The notes under the pieces: generated by a model | Databases searched by the model: none | Told to the model about the DNA's origin: nothing | The model's input: only the letters and a program-made list of their open reading frames with translations | Assembly: GCF_018350175.1 (NCBI RefSeq) | Contig: NC_058368.1 | Location: 187,240,001 to 187,304,000, forward strand | Reading direction: 5' to 3' | DNA from: Felis catus | Taxonomy: Eukaryota | DNA length: 64,000 bases | Shown: positions 27,466-38,805 of the stretch, in pieces | How the letters are laid out: each line of letters starts with the position of its first letter | How positions within the stretch are numbered: the first letter of the stretch is position 1 | Program-made: the position numbers and the translations under genes

Positions 27466-28893
27466 GTACTGTCTCACATGTGACTGCAGCACATGATGTG
27501 TTCTATCTACAGACTATGCCAGGAGCATGTATGAATTCACTAACATCTCACTATCAGCAGCCTAACTCAGGGCAGCATCTGAGGGCCAGAGTTTAGGGGT
27601 CACTCTCTTGGCTTCAAATTTGAAGGAGAACACCCAAAGAGAAGGTGTCAGAGTGTTTAGAAAGTGTAGAATCCCTTTCCTTAGCTTACAGGAAACAATG
27701 ACAGGTCTTACCATAGCCTATGGCCATGCTGGCACATTGCCTTAGTAGCCCTCAGTGGATTAATCCTATACCCACTCTGTGAAAAAATGTCATTTAATCT
27801 GGGACCTGGAAATGACACCAGTGCTTACCAAAGATTCTATGTGTTCCCCACATAGTCAGCCTCTCTTATTGCCAGGATTAGACAATGTAGCTAATTGTCA
27901 CCATTTGACTGAAGCAAAGTGATGTAGTTCACTTCTGCATACTGTTATGGCTCTATTTAAAGCCACATGTTGAGACTGTGATGCAGAGGGAGGCTGGACC
28001 CCTGAAACGTTGGATTGAGGAGAGTTATTTGGAACTGCAAACTCTTCATAGGTTGTGCAAAGTCACTGAGATTTGGGACTTTGTCTCATAGCCTGGCCCA
28101 TGGCCTAGCCTGACTAATAAGGTAAGCAAAATGTGAAGGAAGGACCCTCAAGGGAGAGGAACTACCAAGTGCCCAGATTCTCATGTAGGGATGGGGAGGG
28201 AAGAGGAGAAAGAGAGAAAGCTTGGAGTGTTTGAGAATAGTTGAGTAAGAAGAAAAGAGGTAGGTACAAGCTGGGTCACATGAAGTATAATGTAGGCCAC
28301 GGTGAAAAGGCTGGGTTTTATACAAAAGCAAACATAATCATCAAGAGCATTAAGAAGAGACCTGACATGATATGATTTGCACTTGAGAAAAACAACACTG
28401 GCTGTCATGAGAAAACTAGGTTGGAACAGGAGCAAGTGAGGATGCAGGACCCTTATGGAGGTCTGTGTAGTGGTCCATACAAGACACAGTGATGTCTTTT
28501 ATTAGACTGGAAGCAGGAGAAATGTTGATAAACAGATGGGTTTGAAAAATATTTAGAAAGTAAAAATGGATAGAACTTAAAAATAGATTGACTGTAGCAA
28601 ATGAAGGAAAAATCAAAGATGAGTTCCAGGTCATTCAGGTAAAGGGAGATGCTATTCGTAGGAATGGGGGCTACTGGACCAAAGACACCTAGAAAAGAAA
28701 TGAAGATGGCAAAGAAGCAGTGGGATACTCTTGTCCAAAACTCACGAGTGAGGCCTGAGCTCCAGATATACTTAATGGGAGACCAGCTTGCTGGGTGCCT
28801 AGTGATGCCCTAAACTCCAAAAAAAACTGGGGAGTAATGGAGTATAGCATAGCAGACCACAGATCTTTCTTGTTGTCTAAGAAACAAAATCAT

Positions 28894-29109
28894 GGGGTGC
28901 CTGAGTGGCTCAGTTGGTTGGGCATCTAACTTTGGCTTGGGTCATGATCTCACGGTTTGTGAATTCAGGCCCCATGTGGGGCTCTGTGCTGGCAGCTCAG
29001 AGCCTGGAGCCCACTTCAAATTCTGTGCCACCCTCTGTCTGCCCTTCCCCCGATTGCACTCTGTCTCTCACTCTGTATCAAAAATAAATAAACATTTAAA
29101 AAAATTTTA
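28894..29109 (+). mobile_element. CanSINE, full length
   Basis: 15-bp TSD aagaaacaaaatcat at 28879-28893 and 29110-29124. Confidence 0.95.
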
Positions 29110-30672
29110 AAGAAACAAAATCATTGTCCTTGAAAATCTGTTAGATTAAGGCTCTCATGGACCATGGCGCTAAGAAAAAATCAGGGTAAACAGCATTCAC
29201 AAAAAAGACTAGCGATGGAGACTGAGTGTGGTACACCATTGATGTCTGAGTTCTATAAAGATCTACCCTTTGATCATTCCTACAAAGACCTGTTCTATAG
29301 GATTTCATTTGTCACGTGTTTTTATTACCTTCTACAGAAGTACATCCTTCAGTTAATTTTACTTAAGGTGATTCCCATTTTCTTTTCACTCTGCCTTCCC
29401 CTTCCACACTGGTGCCCATTTTCACCAGCCTCCAAAAGCCACAATCCCCACCCCACCCTGTGCAAGGGCCTGCAGACACATTTCTTATTCAATATTTCTC
29501 TCTGGAGGAAGTCAGCATCTGGCATCCTAATTATAGGACACATTTTGTAGCCTGTGAATGAGGCAAATCACAGCTCCTGCTCTTCCCATTGGGAAGGACA
29601 GAGCACTTTCTGGTGCTTGTAAGAACTGATTGCACTCAGCAGCTATATGTAGAATCCCATAGCTGCACAAGACAAATGAAGGCTCTGATGTTCAGCCATC
29701 TTCAAGGCTTCTAGCCTATCTGAATTGCATTGAAGAATGTCTCCTCTTGGGTCATTCATTTCCCAAGAAGGCCTTACCAAACTTTCCCAGGCAGGTTCCA
29801 GAACTGGAAAGCTTAGTGAGGGCTTTTCAAATTGTGATTTCTGTTTTCTAGCCTGCAACTAAACATATTCCCTTGAATCTAAAATGTCATGAATTTAATA
29901 ATATATTATGAGGGTAAAAAGAAAAAAAAAACCTATTACCATATCAGTTATGTGACATATCCTAGGTTCAAAACGTTAAAATGTGAACCAAAAATTACAT
30001 CTTGGATTCTAAAAAATATAGGTTTTTCTGAAAGGGAGAGAAAAAGTTCTAGAGAGGAATTATTCTATTCCCCTTTTTGTTTCTCCATCTGTAAAATGGG
30101 TATGGGTAAAATAGAAGACTACATAAAAGTTATGACCATTTCCTCAAGCAAATCCAATTAGATTAAGTGGGGAAAAAACAAAATGAATAGAAAATTGGTA
30201 ATAAGATTGTTGTATTGCAAATCTTTCCTTGATCTAGTAGAATGCTTGGGGAATATATAGGAATCGAGTTCTCTGGATTTTTTATTTAATTCAGGGTAGA
30301 TGAAAAACCTTTTGTTGCTGTTGCCTTTGTTGTTTTGACACTTCTGTGGGAAGTGAACAAACAAACAAAAACCTTGAAAAACATGTTAGCAGCCTTTCCT
30401 GCATTAGTACATAAGCCTCCAATAATGAAAATGACTGACACTTTCTGGATAATTGGTGATGTTTCTGAGCCTCATTCTCAGAATAGCAAAGAGAGATATG
30501 GAAGGCCTGGGACAAAGCTGTGATAATGGGCCAACAGTTTATATTTCAATAAAAGTAGGTCTATGTTAGTGCCTATGAAAAAAAAAATCATGTGTATCAA
30601 ACCCCTAATTTCAGATATCATTGCTTTACATGAGGCCAAAGACAACATTTAAGCTTTTGAAAAGTTATTTGA

Positions 30673-30912
30673 GGGGTGCCTGGGTGGCTCAGTCAGTTAA
30701 GCGTCCGACTTTGGCTCAGGTCATGATCTCATGGTTGGTGGGTTTAAGCCCGCATCGGGCTGTGTGTGCTGACAGCTCAGAGCCTGGAGCCTGCTTCAGA
30801 TTCTGTGTCTCCCTCTCTCTTTGCCCCTCCCCTGTTCATGCTCTGTCTTTCTCTCTCTCTCAAAATAAATAAACATTTAAAAATTTTTAAATAAATATTA
30901 TTAAAAATTTTT
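30673..30912 (+). mobile_element. CanSINE, full length
   Basis: ggggtgcctgggtggctcagtcagttaagcgtccgact head; near-TSD aagttattt / aagtgattt. Confidence 0.93.
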
Positions 30913-31269
30913 AAGTGATTTAACTTAAAATATACTGCACTTAATAAAACAAATGATCTTTGGGTATGGCAGAAATTGGAACAGTGATTCAAGAATGATT
31001 ACAATTTGGGGAAAACTGACATAATTGATTGATTTAAGGACACACTAACCCCTGACTATTCTAAGGTGGTTATTGTTTGTTAACGAGGTGTCTAACAGGA
31101 AATTATCTTATGAGATTTACACATTTTGTAGCACACAGGATAGAGTGCTTTACAAACCCCTGTGGTTAAGTGAAAGCCAAACTCTCTTAGCTTCTAATTA
31201 ATTCTAATATCAAGATAGTGTACTATTTATTAAGAATCTAAGTATAGATTACATTTAATTTTATAGTAT

Positions 31270-31472
31270 TTTTAAAGTTTACTTATTTTGAGAAAGAGAG
31301 ACAGCACAAGCAGGAGAGGGGCAGAAAGAAAGGGAGTGAGAGAGAATCCCTCTCATGGTCCCACTGACAGCACTGAGTTGAATGTAGGACTTAAACTCGT
31401 GAACCATGAGATCATGACCTGAGCCGAAATCAAGAGTCGGACACTTAACTGACAGCCCCCCAGGCATCCCCC
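31270..31472 (-). mobile_element. CanSINE (older subfamily)
   Basis: gagatcatgacctgagccgaaatcaagagtcggacacttaactgac...caggcatcccc. Confidence 0.9.
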
Positions 31473-31661
31473 AACTCACATACTTTTTAAAGAACTGGAC
31501 CTTTAGGTAAAGTAATTCTCTAGTCACCACTTATTACTGCTTTCTAGCCTTACTTCAGTTTTCTTTCCATTTTTAAAATCAATGTTTGCTCTAGCTAACA
31601 GGACACTTGCAAATGTGGCTTCTTTCTAGAATGCTCACTTACTTCCAGACATACACAAACA

Positions 31662-31663
<2 letters not shown>

Positions 31664-31703
<40 letters not shown>
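31664..31703. repeat. (CA)n microsatellite
   Basis: Direct reading. Confidence 0.95.
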
Positions 31704-31705
<2 letters not shown>

Positions 31706-31829
31706 CCCATCCAGTTACCTCACATTGATGATCCTGATCTTAGCTCAAGTCCCACCTCTTCAGCAACAAGGTCACATCCTTCTGTTATGTAATAGCAGTG
31801 TACCCTGTTCTCCTTTGTGGCACTTATCC

Positions 31830-32164
31830 TAGTTGNNNNNNNNNNNNNNNNNNNNNNNNNNNNNNNNNNNNNNNNNNNNNNNNNNNNNNNNNNNNNNNNN
31901 NNNNNNNNNNNNNNNNNNNNNNNNNNNNNNNNNNNNNNNNNNNNNNNNNNNNNNNNNNNNNNNNGATAACATAAACAGTTAATTAGCACATAATTTGTAT
32001 ATGTATTATATACTGTATTCTTATAATGAAGTAAGCTAGAGAAAAAAATATTTAAAAAATAGTAAGAAAGAGAAAATACATTTACAGTTCTATGCTGCAT
32101 TGAAAAAATTCCACATATAAGCACACACATGTGGTTCAAAGCCATGTTGTTCAAGGATCAACTG
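31830..32164 (-). mobile_element. Tigger2a-like DNA transposon (spans assembly gap 31836-31964)
   Basis: Right end tgttgttcaaggatcaactg followed by TA; left end agttg before the gap; internal tactgtattcttataatgaagtaagctagagaaaa. Confidence 0.75.
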
Positions 32165-32507
32165 TATCATTATATCTATGAGTGTTTATTTATAATCTGT
32201 CAGTCTCACTAGAGTGCAAGTTCCGGAAGAAAAGAGATAGATATATAGGCTTTACTCACTTGGTACAAAACAAGAGTTCAACAAGTATTTTTTGGCTCAG
32301 TGAAAGACTGGTTGACCCCTAACAGTGAAAGTAGAATTTGCCAAAAACGGGGTTTACTTGGTTCATTAAAATAAAAAGGGAAATGGGATTAATTGGAATG
32401 TGGGCCAGGCAAGATGGAGAAAGTTGAGAGCAAGAACAGGATTTGTCAGTAAACTGTACTTAGTATGTTAGGCTAATGGCCCACCATATAAAAATGCACC
32501 CCCCTAA

Positions 32508-32731
32508 TGCGCCTGGGTGGCTCAATCAGTTGGGCATCGGACTTCAGCTCGGGTCATGATCTCACGGTTTGTGGGTTTGAACCCTATGTCGGGCTCTGCG
32601 CTGACAGCTCAGGGCCTGAAGCCTGCTTCGGATTCTGTGTCTCCTTCTCTCTCTGCCCCTTCCCCACTTGCGCTCTCTCTCTGTCTCTCAAAAATAAATA
32701 AATGTAAAAAAAAATTAAAGAGAAAAAAAAT
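32508..32731 (+). mobile_element. CanSINE
   Basis: Near-TSD aaaaatgcacccccctaa / aaaaatgtaccccccta; SINE head and tail. Confidence 0.93.
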
Positions 32732-34859
32732 AAAAATGTACCCCCCTACCATCTAGAGCACATTTTGCCCAGGGGCAAATGATAGTGGTGCTGGAAAGAA
32801 TTACTACTTCAAGCCAGAAGGATCTGAGTGTAAATTAGTAAAACTAGAATACCTTCAAGTTTATTGTTAGTGGGAGGTACCATTTCAGAAAATTAGAATG
32901 AGAGACTTTATCAGTGACCAGACCTTGGAGAGATGCTTCAGACATGTCCCTCCCTTTATGAAAGCGATAAACCACACCTCAGATCGAAGGATTGCACAAT
33001 CTCCCTTTGTTTCCTGTTCCAATTTTGGAAAGAAGTAGCTTACTCGGAAGAAAGAAGAAGCAATGGGTTAAGGAGCTACTTTCCTGTCCTCTCCTGGCCC
33101 CCCTCCCCAGTCCATCGTTGTGTGCTTCCACCAGAACAAAGCGTGGGATCCACAGCTGTGGTCATGTTGTTTCACTGCCTAAAACTCTTCAGGACTCCTT
33201 TGTACTCTGAGCATAATAAATAGCCTTAACAGGCCATCTGGTCCTTGTCTGTGCCTCCATCCTCAACTTTGACTGTTCTTTGTCCCTCACTTCATGTATT
33301 CTATAGGACACTCCTATGAACTTTGTTTCCAGAGCCGGTTCTTCTACCTGGAACACCCTCGCACAACCTTCCTACCTAGCTAAGTGTGTATGTGTACATA
33401 TGTATACACACACATATACAAACATGTACATTATTTTCTAAACCATTGAAACATCTTGCCCCTTTGCTCATAACTACTTTAGGATGGACGTCCTAGGAAC
33501 AAAAACATTTTCTTACATAACCACAATGTAATTATTATAATGGAGAATTTTGACATTATTGAAATATTATTACTAATCTTCAGTTCATTTTTAAATTTTA
33601 TGCATTGTCCTATTATGTGCCTTATACCTACTTTATCTCCCCCAATCCAGGATCCAATCCAAGATGGACCCATTTACTTGTCATATCTTTTTAGTCTCTT
33701 TTAATCATAAATATTTCCTCTGCCTTTCTTTGATCTTTGACACTTGAAAAACATAAGCTAGTTATTTTGTAAAATAATCCCCAGTTTGAAGTTTTTCAAT
33801 ATTTCCTTGTGATATCAGAAATGATGCCATGTCCTTGGTACATCATATCAGGAGGCACAGAATGTCAAGTTATACCATATTGGTGATATTGCTTTGATCT
33901 CTGGGGTAAGGTGGTATCCGCCATGTTACTTCACTGCAAAGTGATTTTTTTTTTTTTTTTTGGCCATTGTAATTAATGATCTGGGAGAAAGATACTTTGA
34001 AACTATGGAAACATTCAGTTCCCCATCAAACTTACGTCTACTAGTTTGGCATCCATTTTGCGTGTGCTTTATTTTTAAGAAAACTTATTTTACAGTGTTA
34101 AGAAAAGTAAAGACAACTAAAATAAAATAAAGAATATGATACAATAAATGAACTTTTTAAACCACCCCACCAAAAATACCTGCATCTCCCATATCAACCC
34201 AATCTTCTTTTTTGAAGTTCTCATAACCTAAAATTGAGAGAAGTCTGTTATGTATGGCATTAGCCACTGCAAGATTTCTCATTTGCATTTTCAACTCTAT
34301 TCATGAATTATCTTTTCATTTCCTTTTCTTTTATAATAATAAAAAAATCCATGAAAGGGACATATTTTAAAATGAGAAAGAAGATATACAATATTATTTC
34401 TGGCTTACCATATGTCATAATATTGCTTTTGGTCACATAATAATGGGCATCAGTAATTGCATTTATTTTTTCATGCTTGCTACAAGGATTCACTTAAGAC
34501 TCTGAAGAGCTCCTGTGGATTGAAAATCATTTGGATTGATTAAAGTCATGAGGAGAATTATGATAAGGGTCCGATCATATGGGCATCAGGAAAGTAAAAT
34601 ATTATCATTTAAACTAGAAATGGAACTTTTTCTCCTTTAAAATGGAACATTTTCAATGACAGGTGGAGTTTCTCATAGTAAAATTAATAATATCTGATGT
34701 TTATTCATCCATTTATTCAAAAGAAAATCATCCTGTGAGCCTAGTAGGTGAGAAGCACCATTATATACAACTTCTAACCTTTCAAAGTATGTCTCAATAA
34801 TATCCTTCGTGGTCTTTAAGTAAGAATGGCTAGAGGGAACCTTAAAGTTTTGCTTATAG

Positions 34860-35044
34860 GTTCCATTAAAAGAGCTCAGAAACAGGAATATCCTAAATAA
34901 CACAGCATTCGTCCATCATCTAGGAGGATCATCTGAATAAGTGCTCAGTTTCAGAAACCACTAAATCGAGTGGAAAGGAAGGAAGGGGTTTCCCACCCTC
35001 ACCCCCAATCAACACATTTAAAAGAAAAAAAAACAAAACAGGCG
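34860..35044 (+). other. Candidate non-coding 5'UTR exon of ATP10B
   Basis: Acceptor ttttgcttatag|G at 34859/34860 in unique sequence; only a weak donor (GCG|gtgttc). ATP10B is recalled to have several 5'UTR exons, one shortly upstream of the ATG exon. Unverified. Confidence 0.25.
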
Positions 35045-35065
35045 GTGTTCATGGAACAACATTCT

Positions 35066-35741
35066 TCTTTTTTTTAATTTTTTATTTATTTATTTATTTT
35101 TTATATATATATGAAATTTATTGACAAATTGGTTTCCATACAACACCCAGTGCTCATCCCAAAAGGTGCCCTCCTCAATACCCATCACCCACCCTCTCCT
35201 CCCTCCCACCCCCCATCAACCCTCAGTTTGTTCTCAGTTTTTAACAGTCTCTTATGCTTTGGCTCTCTCTCACTCTAACCTCTTTTTTTTTTTTCCTTCC
35301 CCTCCCCCATGGGTTCCTGTTAAGTTTCTCAGGATCCACATAAGAGTGAAACCATATAGTATCTGTCTTTCTCTGTATGGCTTATTTCACTTAGCATCAC
35401 ACTCTCCAGTTCCATCCACGTTGCTGCAAAAGGCCATATTTCATTTTTTCTCATTGCCACGTAATATTCCATTGTGTATATAAACCACAATTTCTTTATC
35501 CATTCATCAGTTGATGGACATTTAGGCTCTTTCCATAATTTGGCTATTGTTGAGAGTGCTGCTATGAACATTGGGGTACAAGTGGCCCTATGCATCAGTA
35601 CTCCTGTATCCCTTGGATAAATTCCTAGCAGTGCTATTGCTGGGTCATAGGGTAGGTCTATTTTTAATTTTCTGAGGAACCTCCACACTGCTTTCCAGAG
35701 CGGCTGCACCAACTTGCATTCCCACCAACAGTGCAAGAGGG
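35066..35741 (-). mobile_element. Young feline L1, 5'-truncated (ORF2 C-terminus + 3'UTR + poly-A)
   Basis: Uninterrupted minus [17 protein letters not shown]...[13 protein letters not shown]...WMELESVMLSEIS; perfect 14-bp TSD tggaacaacattct at 35052-35065 and 35742-35755. Confidence 0.96.
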
Positions 35742-36397
35742 TGGAACAACATTCTATACAGCCCAGTCACCTCAGGCCAAAGTTTTCTAGGAAAGAAACT
35801 ATCTCCTTTGTACTACCTATTACTCTTCTATGAGGTTCTGATCACAAATGAGGTTCTTCAAAATATCAGTACCCAGTACCTGAAAATTTTATAGCTAGGG
35901 AACACCTTTCCCTTTAAGACATACTTTATATACTATCAATTTCATTCCTTACAAAAAGCTGGTGAAAAAGTAGAATAAGACTAGTTTTCCTCATATTACA
36001 GTGAGGAAACTGAAGACCGGGAAGGTAAACAGACAGTTCAGCATTAGGAACAAGCCACAGATAGCATTCTGACCTCTGGTGTCATAGCCCACAGGACCAT
36101 ACTTTTCCTGATAGGCCCAACAAGGTCATCTGCACCCTCCCCCCAACCTTAAATGCTTTCATGGTACTTGTCACAGTGTTAGTTGTATATTATTTATATA
36201 TTTATATGATTATTTGCTTTACGTCTCTTACTCCTAAACATGTGGTTTGTAGGGATTGAACCTATTTTCCTCACATTGTATTCCATAATCTACCTTGGTT
36301 GGATGGGTGAACAAGTGGGTGAGCCAATATACCATATATTTTCTTCTGACCATAACAACTTCATGTGTCTGTTTTAGACCATAGCTTCCTGCCAGAA

Positions 36398-36672
36398 ATG
36401 GCACTCTCAGTGGACTCATCCTGGCACCGGTGGCAGTGGCGAGTCAGAGATGGCCTCCCCCAGTCTCCATCAGAAGCCACACCACTATTGTCTGAAGAGA
36501 AGAAGAGGCAAAGCTACAACCTGATACAACAACGGGTCGTCTTCCCCAACAACAGCACGTGCCACCGAGATTGGGCAGAGATCACCAGGAGATACTCCGG
36601 CAACAGAATCTGCACGACCAAATACACCTTTCTCACTTTCCTGCCTCAGAATCTCTTTGAGCAGTTTCATAG
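36398..36672 (+). CDS. ATP10B: ATP10B canonical first coding exon (N-terminal cytosolic tail up to start of TM1); exon probably begins at 36378
   Basis: Translates [19 protein letters not shown]...[25 protein letters not shown], recognisable as the ATP10B N-terminus with the P4-ATPase N-terminal motif. Acceptor ttttag at 36372-36377, ATG at 36398, donor AG|gtacac at 36672/36673; 275 coding nt, phase 2. Confidence 0.96.
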
Positions 36673-37669
36673 GTACACAACCACTTGGCCAAACGATACA
36701 CGCTTTAACCAAGTATTTGCCAGTATTTCTGAAACAAAGATGCTGCCCTCTGGGTTACCTATCCTTTAATATCCAAATGCATGTACCTTAAAAAGACTTG
36801 TCATTCATTTGCTCATTCATTCATTCAATAAATATCAGATTCTACTGTGTTAGGCTATGTGTTCACTGCTGGAGATACATGAGGGGGAAAAGAGAGACAT
36901 AGTCTTGACTATATTTTCTCATGAAAGAGACAGACATTAAATTTAAGAATTATATAAACTGATGTCAAATTAGAATTTAAATAGATACTTCTAAAAAGAG
37001 GTATATGGTGATGTTAGAGTAAATAAGAGGGAGATCTGGGCTAGTTAAGAAAGTCAGGAAAGACTTCCAGGAATAAGTGACAATTGAAATAATCTGAAAG
37101 AAGAGAATGCATTAACTTGGTAAAAACAGAGAGAAGTCAGGAAGGGAGCCAGGAGAATGTCCCTTCCAACAGACCTTCATGTGCAAAGGCACAATGGCAA
37201 AAGGATGCTAGATGCACTTGGAAAAGTTAAAAATGTAAGCCATAATTTCGAGATGATACATGCAAGATCGTATTATAATTATAAAGCAAAATATACACTT
37301 AGATATCATCCTAAATTTTGTAATTATCATTACAAGTTGTCATTTATTGAGAAACTACTATGACTGAGAACGCTCTATTACATATGTAACAAATATAATC
37401 CTATGTAATATTTATAAGAGCCCTTTAAAGTACATAGTACTAGCCCCATTTTACACAAGTTGAAACAAGCTCCAGAAAGTCACACAACTAATAAACAATT
37501 TGAGTTTGAATATAGCTGGATCTGGCTTCAGAGCCCTTACCATAATTCGAGGTCACCCTAAAAGAGAATGTCATTTTAATTGATAAAGGCCAACAATAGG
37601 GAAGAAATAGTGTGGAAAGTATATTTCCTTCTCCATGGTTTTCACTCACACTTTTCTTGTCCCTTCCAG

Positions 37670-37864
37670 ATGGGCTAATCTGTATTTCCTATTCCTGGTG
37701 ATTCTCAACTGGATGCCCTCCATGGAAGTTTTCCACAGAGAAATCACCATGTTACCATTGGCTATTGTGCTGTTCCTCATCATGGTGAAGGATGGCATGG
37801 AAGACTTCAAGAGATATCGTCTTGATAGAAAGATCAACTGCTCCAACATCTGGATATATGAAAG
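37670..37864 (+). CDS. ATP10B: ATP10B canonical second coding exon (TM1-TM2)
   Basis: Pyrimidine tract plus ttccag|A acceptor; encodes [65 protein letters not shown]; donor AAG|gtaaaa; 195 nt, phase 2-2, in frame with the previous exon. Confidence 0.97.
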
Positions 37865-37979
37865 GTAAAAGAAATCACCCTTCTCTTTTCTTGCTTCCAA
37901 ATAGGTTATGAAAACTCTTCAGCATTTTCAAAGGATTGGTCTCTCTTGTCATATTTTATTTTCTTAAGTTCACTTAATT

Positions 37980-38194
37980 CAGTGATTCTCAACCAGAGCA
38001 ATCTTTCCGAGGAGGAAACATTTGACACTTTCTGGAGACATTTTGGTTGCCATATTGAAGAGAATGCCAATGGCAGGTAGTGGATAAAAGCAGAAGGATG
38101 ATGCTAAACATCTTACAATATACAGGACAGCCCCTCCACAACAAAGAATTATCATCCAGCCCAAAATATCACTAGCGCTGAGATTTAGAAACCT
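37980..38194 (+). mobile_element. MER20-like hAT DNA transposon fossil
   Basis: cagtgattctcaacc...ctggagacattttggttg...tgctaaacatcttacaat...caggacagcccc...aaagaattatc...gaaacc. Confidence 0.8.
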
Positions 38195-38489
38195 TAATTT
38201 AGCACATGTAAACACTCAAAATATTAAGCACAAAAAAATGTTATATTATTGACAGTAAGGTTGAAATCTCAAGAATTGGTCTCTAGAATTTACTGGATCA
38301 TCTCAAGAGACCAAATTTAAGAGTGGCTCTTTGGAGAGTGACAGGCGACATCTCTCAAACAAGAAAACATATACCATTTTTAAAGCATCTGAGGCTCTTG
38401 GCTAAAAATTCTTATTTTTAAAACTTAACCAGGTAGGTTTTATGACCAGAGTTGGCACACTTGTTCTCAGCTGCCTGGGTGGAAAAGGA

Positions 38490-38805
38490 AGATCCCTGTG
38501 GGTGACGTCTACATTCCAATAGGTGGAGTCCCAACAAGTAGAAGGAAGTGACCTGACAAGTGCACACCTGTTCTCTGCCAGCTTTTTCCTTGTCATTTCT
38601 CCCCCAGCATTTGTAAACCAGCCTTTTGTTTTTAATTTTCCTTTTGAAAGAAGAGAGAGAAATTTCCAGCAAAGAACGCAAATAAAAGATATCAGGGACG
38701 TGACTCACTGGCAGCTGAACAATGGAACTGATTAGGGGAAAAAACTCTTTTACGGAGAACTCACATGCCATCCTATGAGAATTCAAGAAACAGGATTGAG
38801 CAGAG
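38490..38805 (+). promoter_or_regulatory. Putative internal promoter / 5'UTR of the alternative N-terminal exon
   Basis: Repeat-free stretch with CRE-like TGACGTCT (38503), CCAAT (38516), AP-1 TGACTCA (38701) and E-box CAGCTG (38712); also a strong acceptor-like site ending at 38607. Motif inspection only. Confidence 0.35.

Noticed and set aside
31720-32154. ORFs spanning N runs (also 50106-50426)
   Set aside because: Artefacts of assembly gaps at 31836-31964 and 50150-50311.
36365-36769. ORF-track extensions of ATP10B exons (also 37635-37868 and 55202-55495)
   Set aside because: Extra N- and C-terminal residues are intron read-through beyond clear splice sites.
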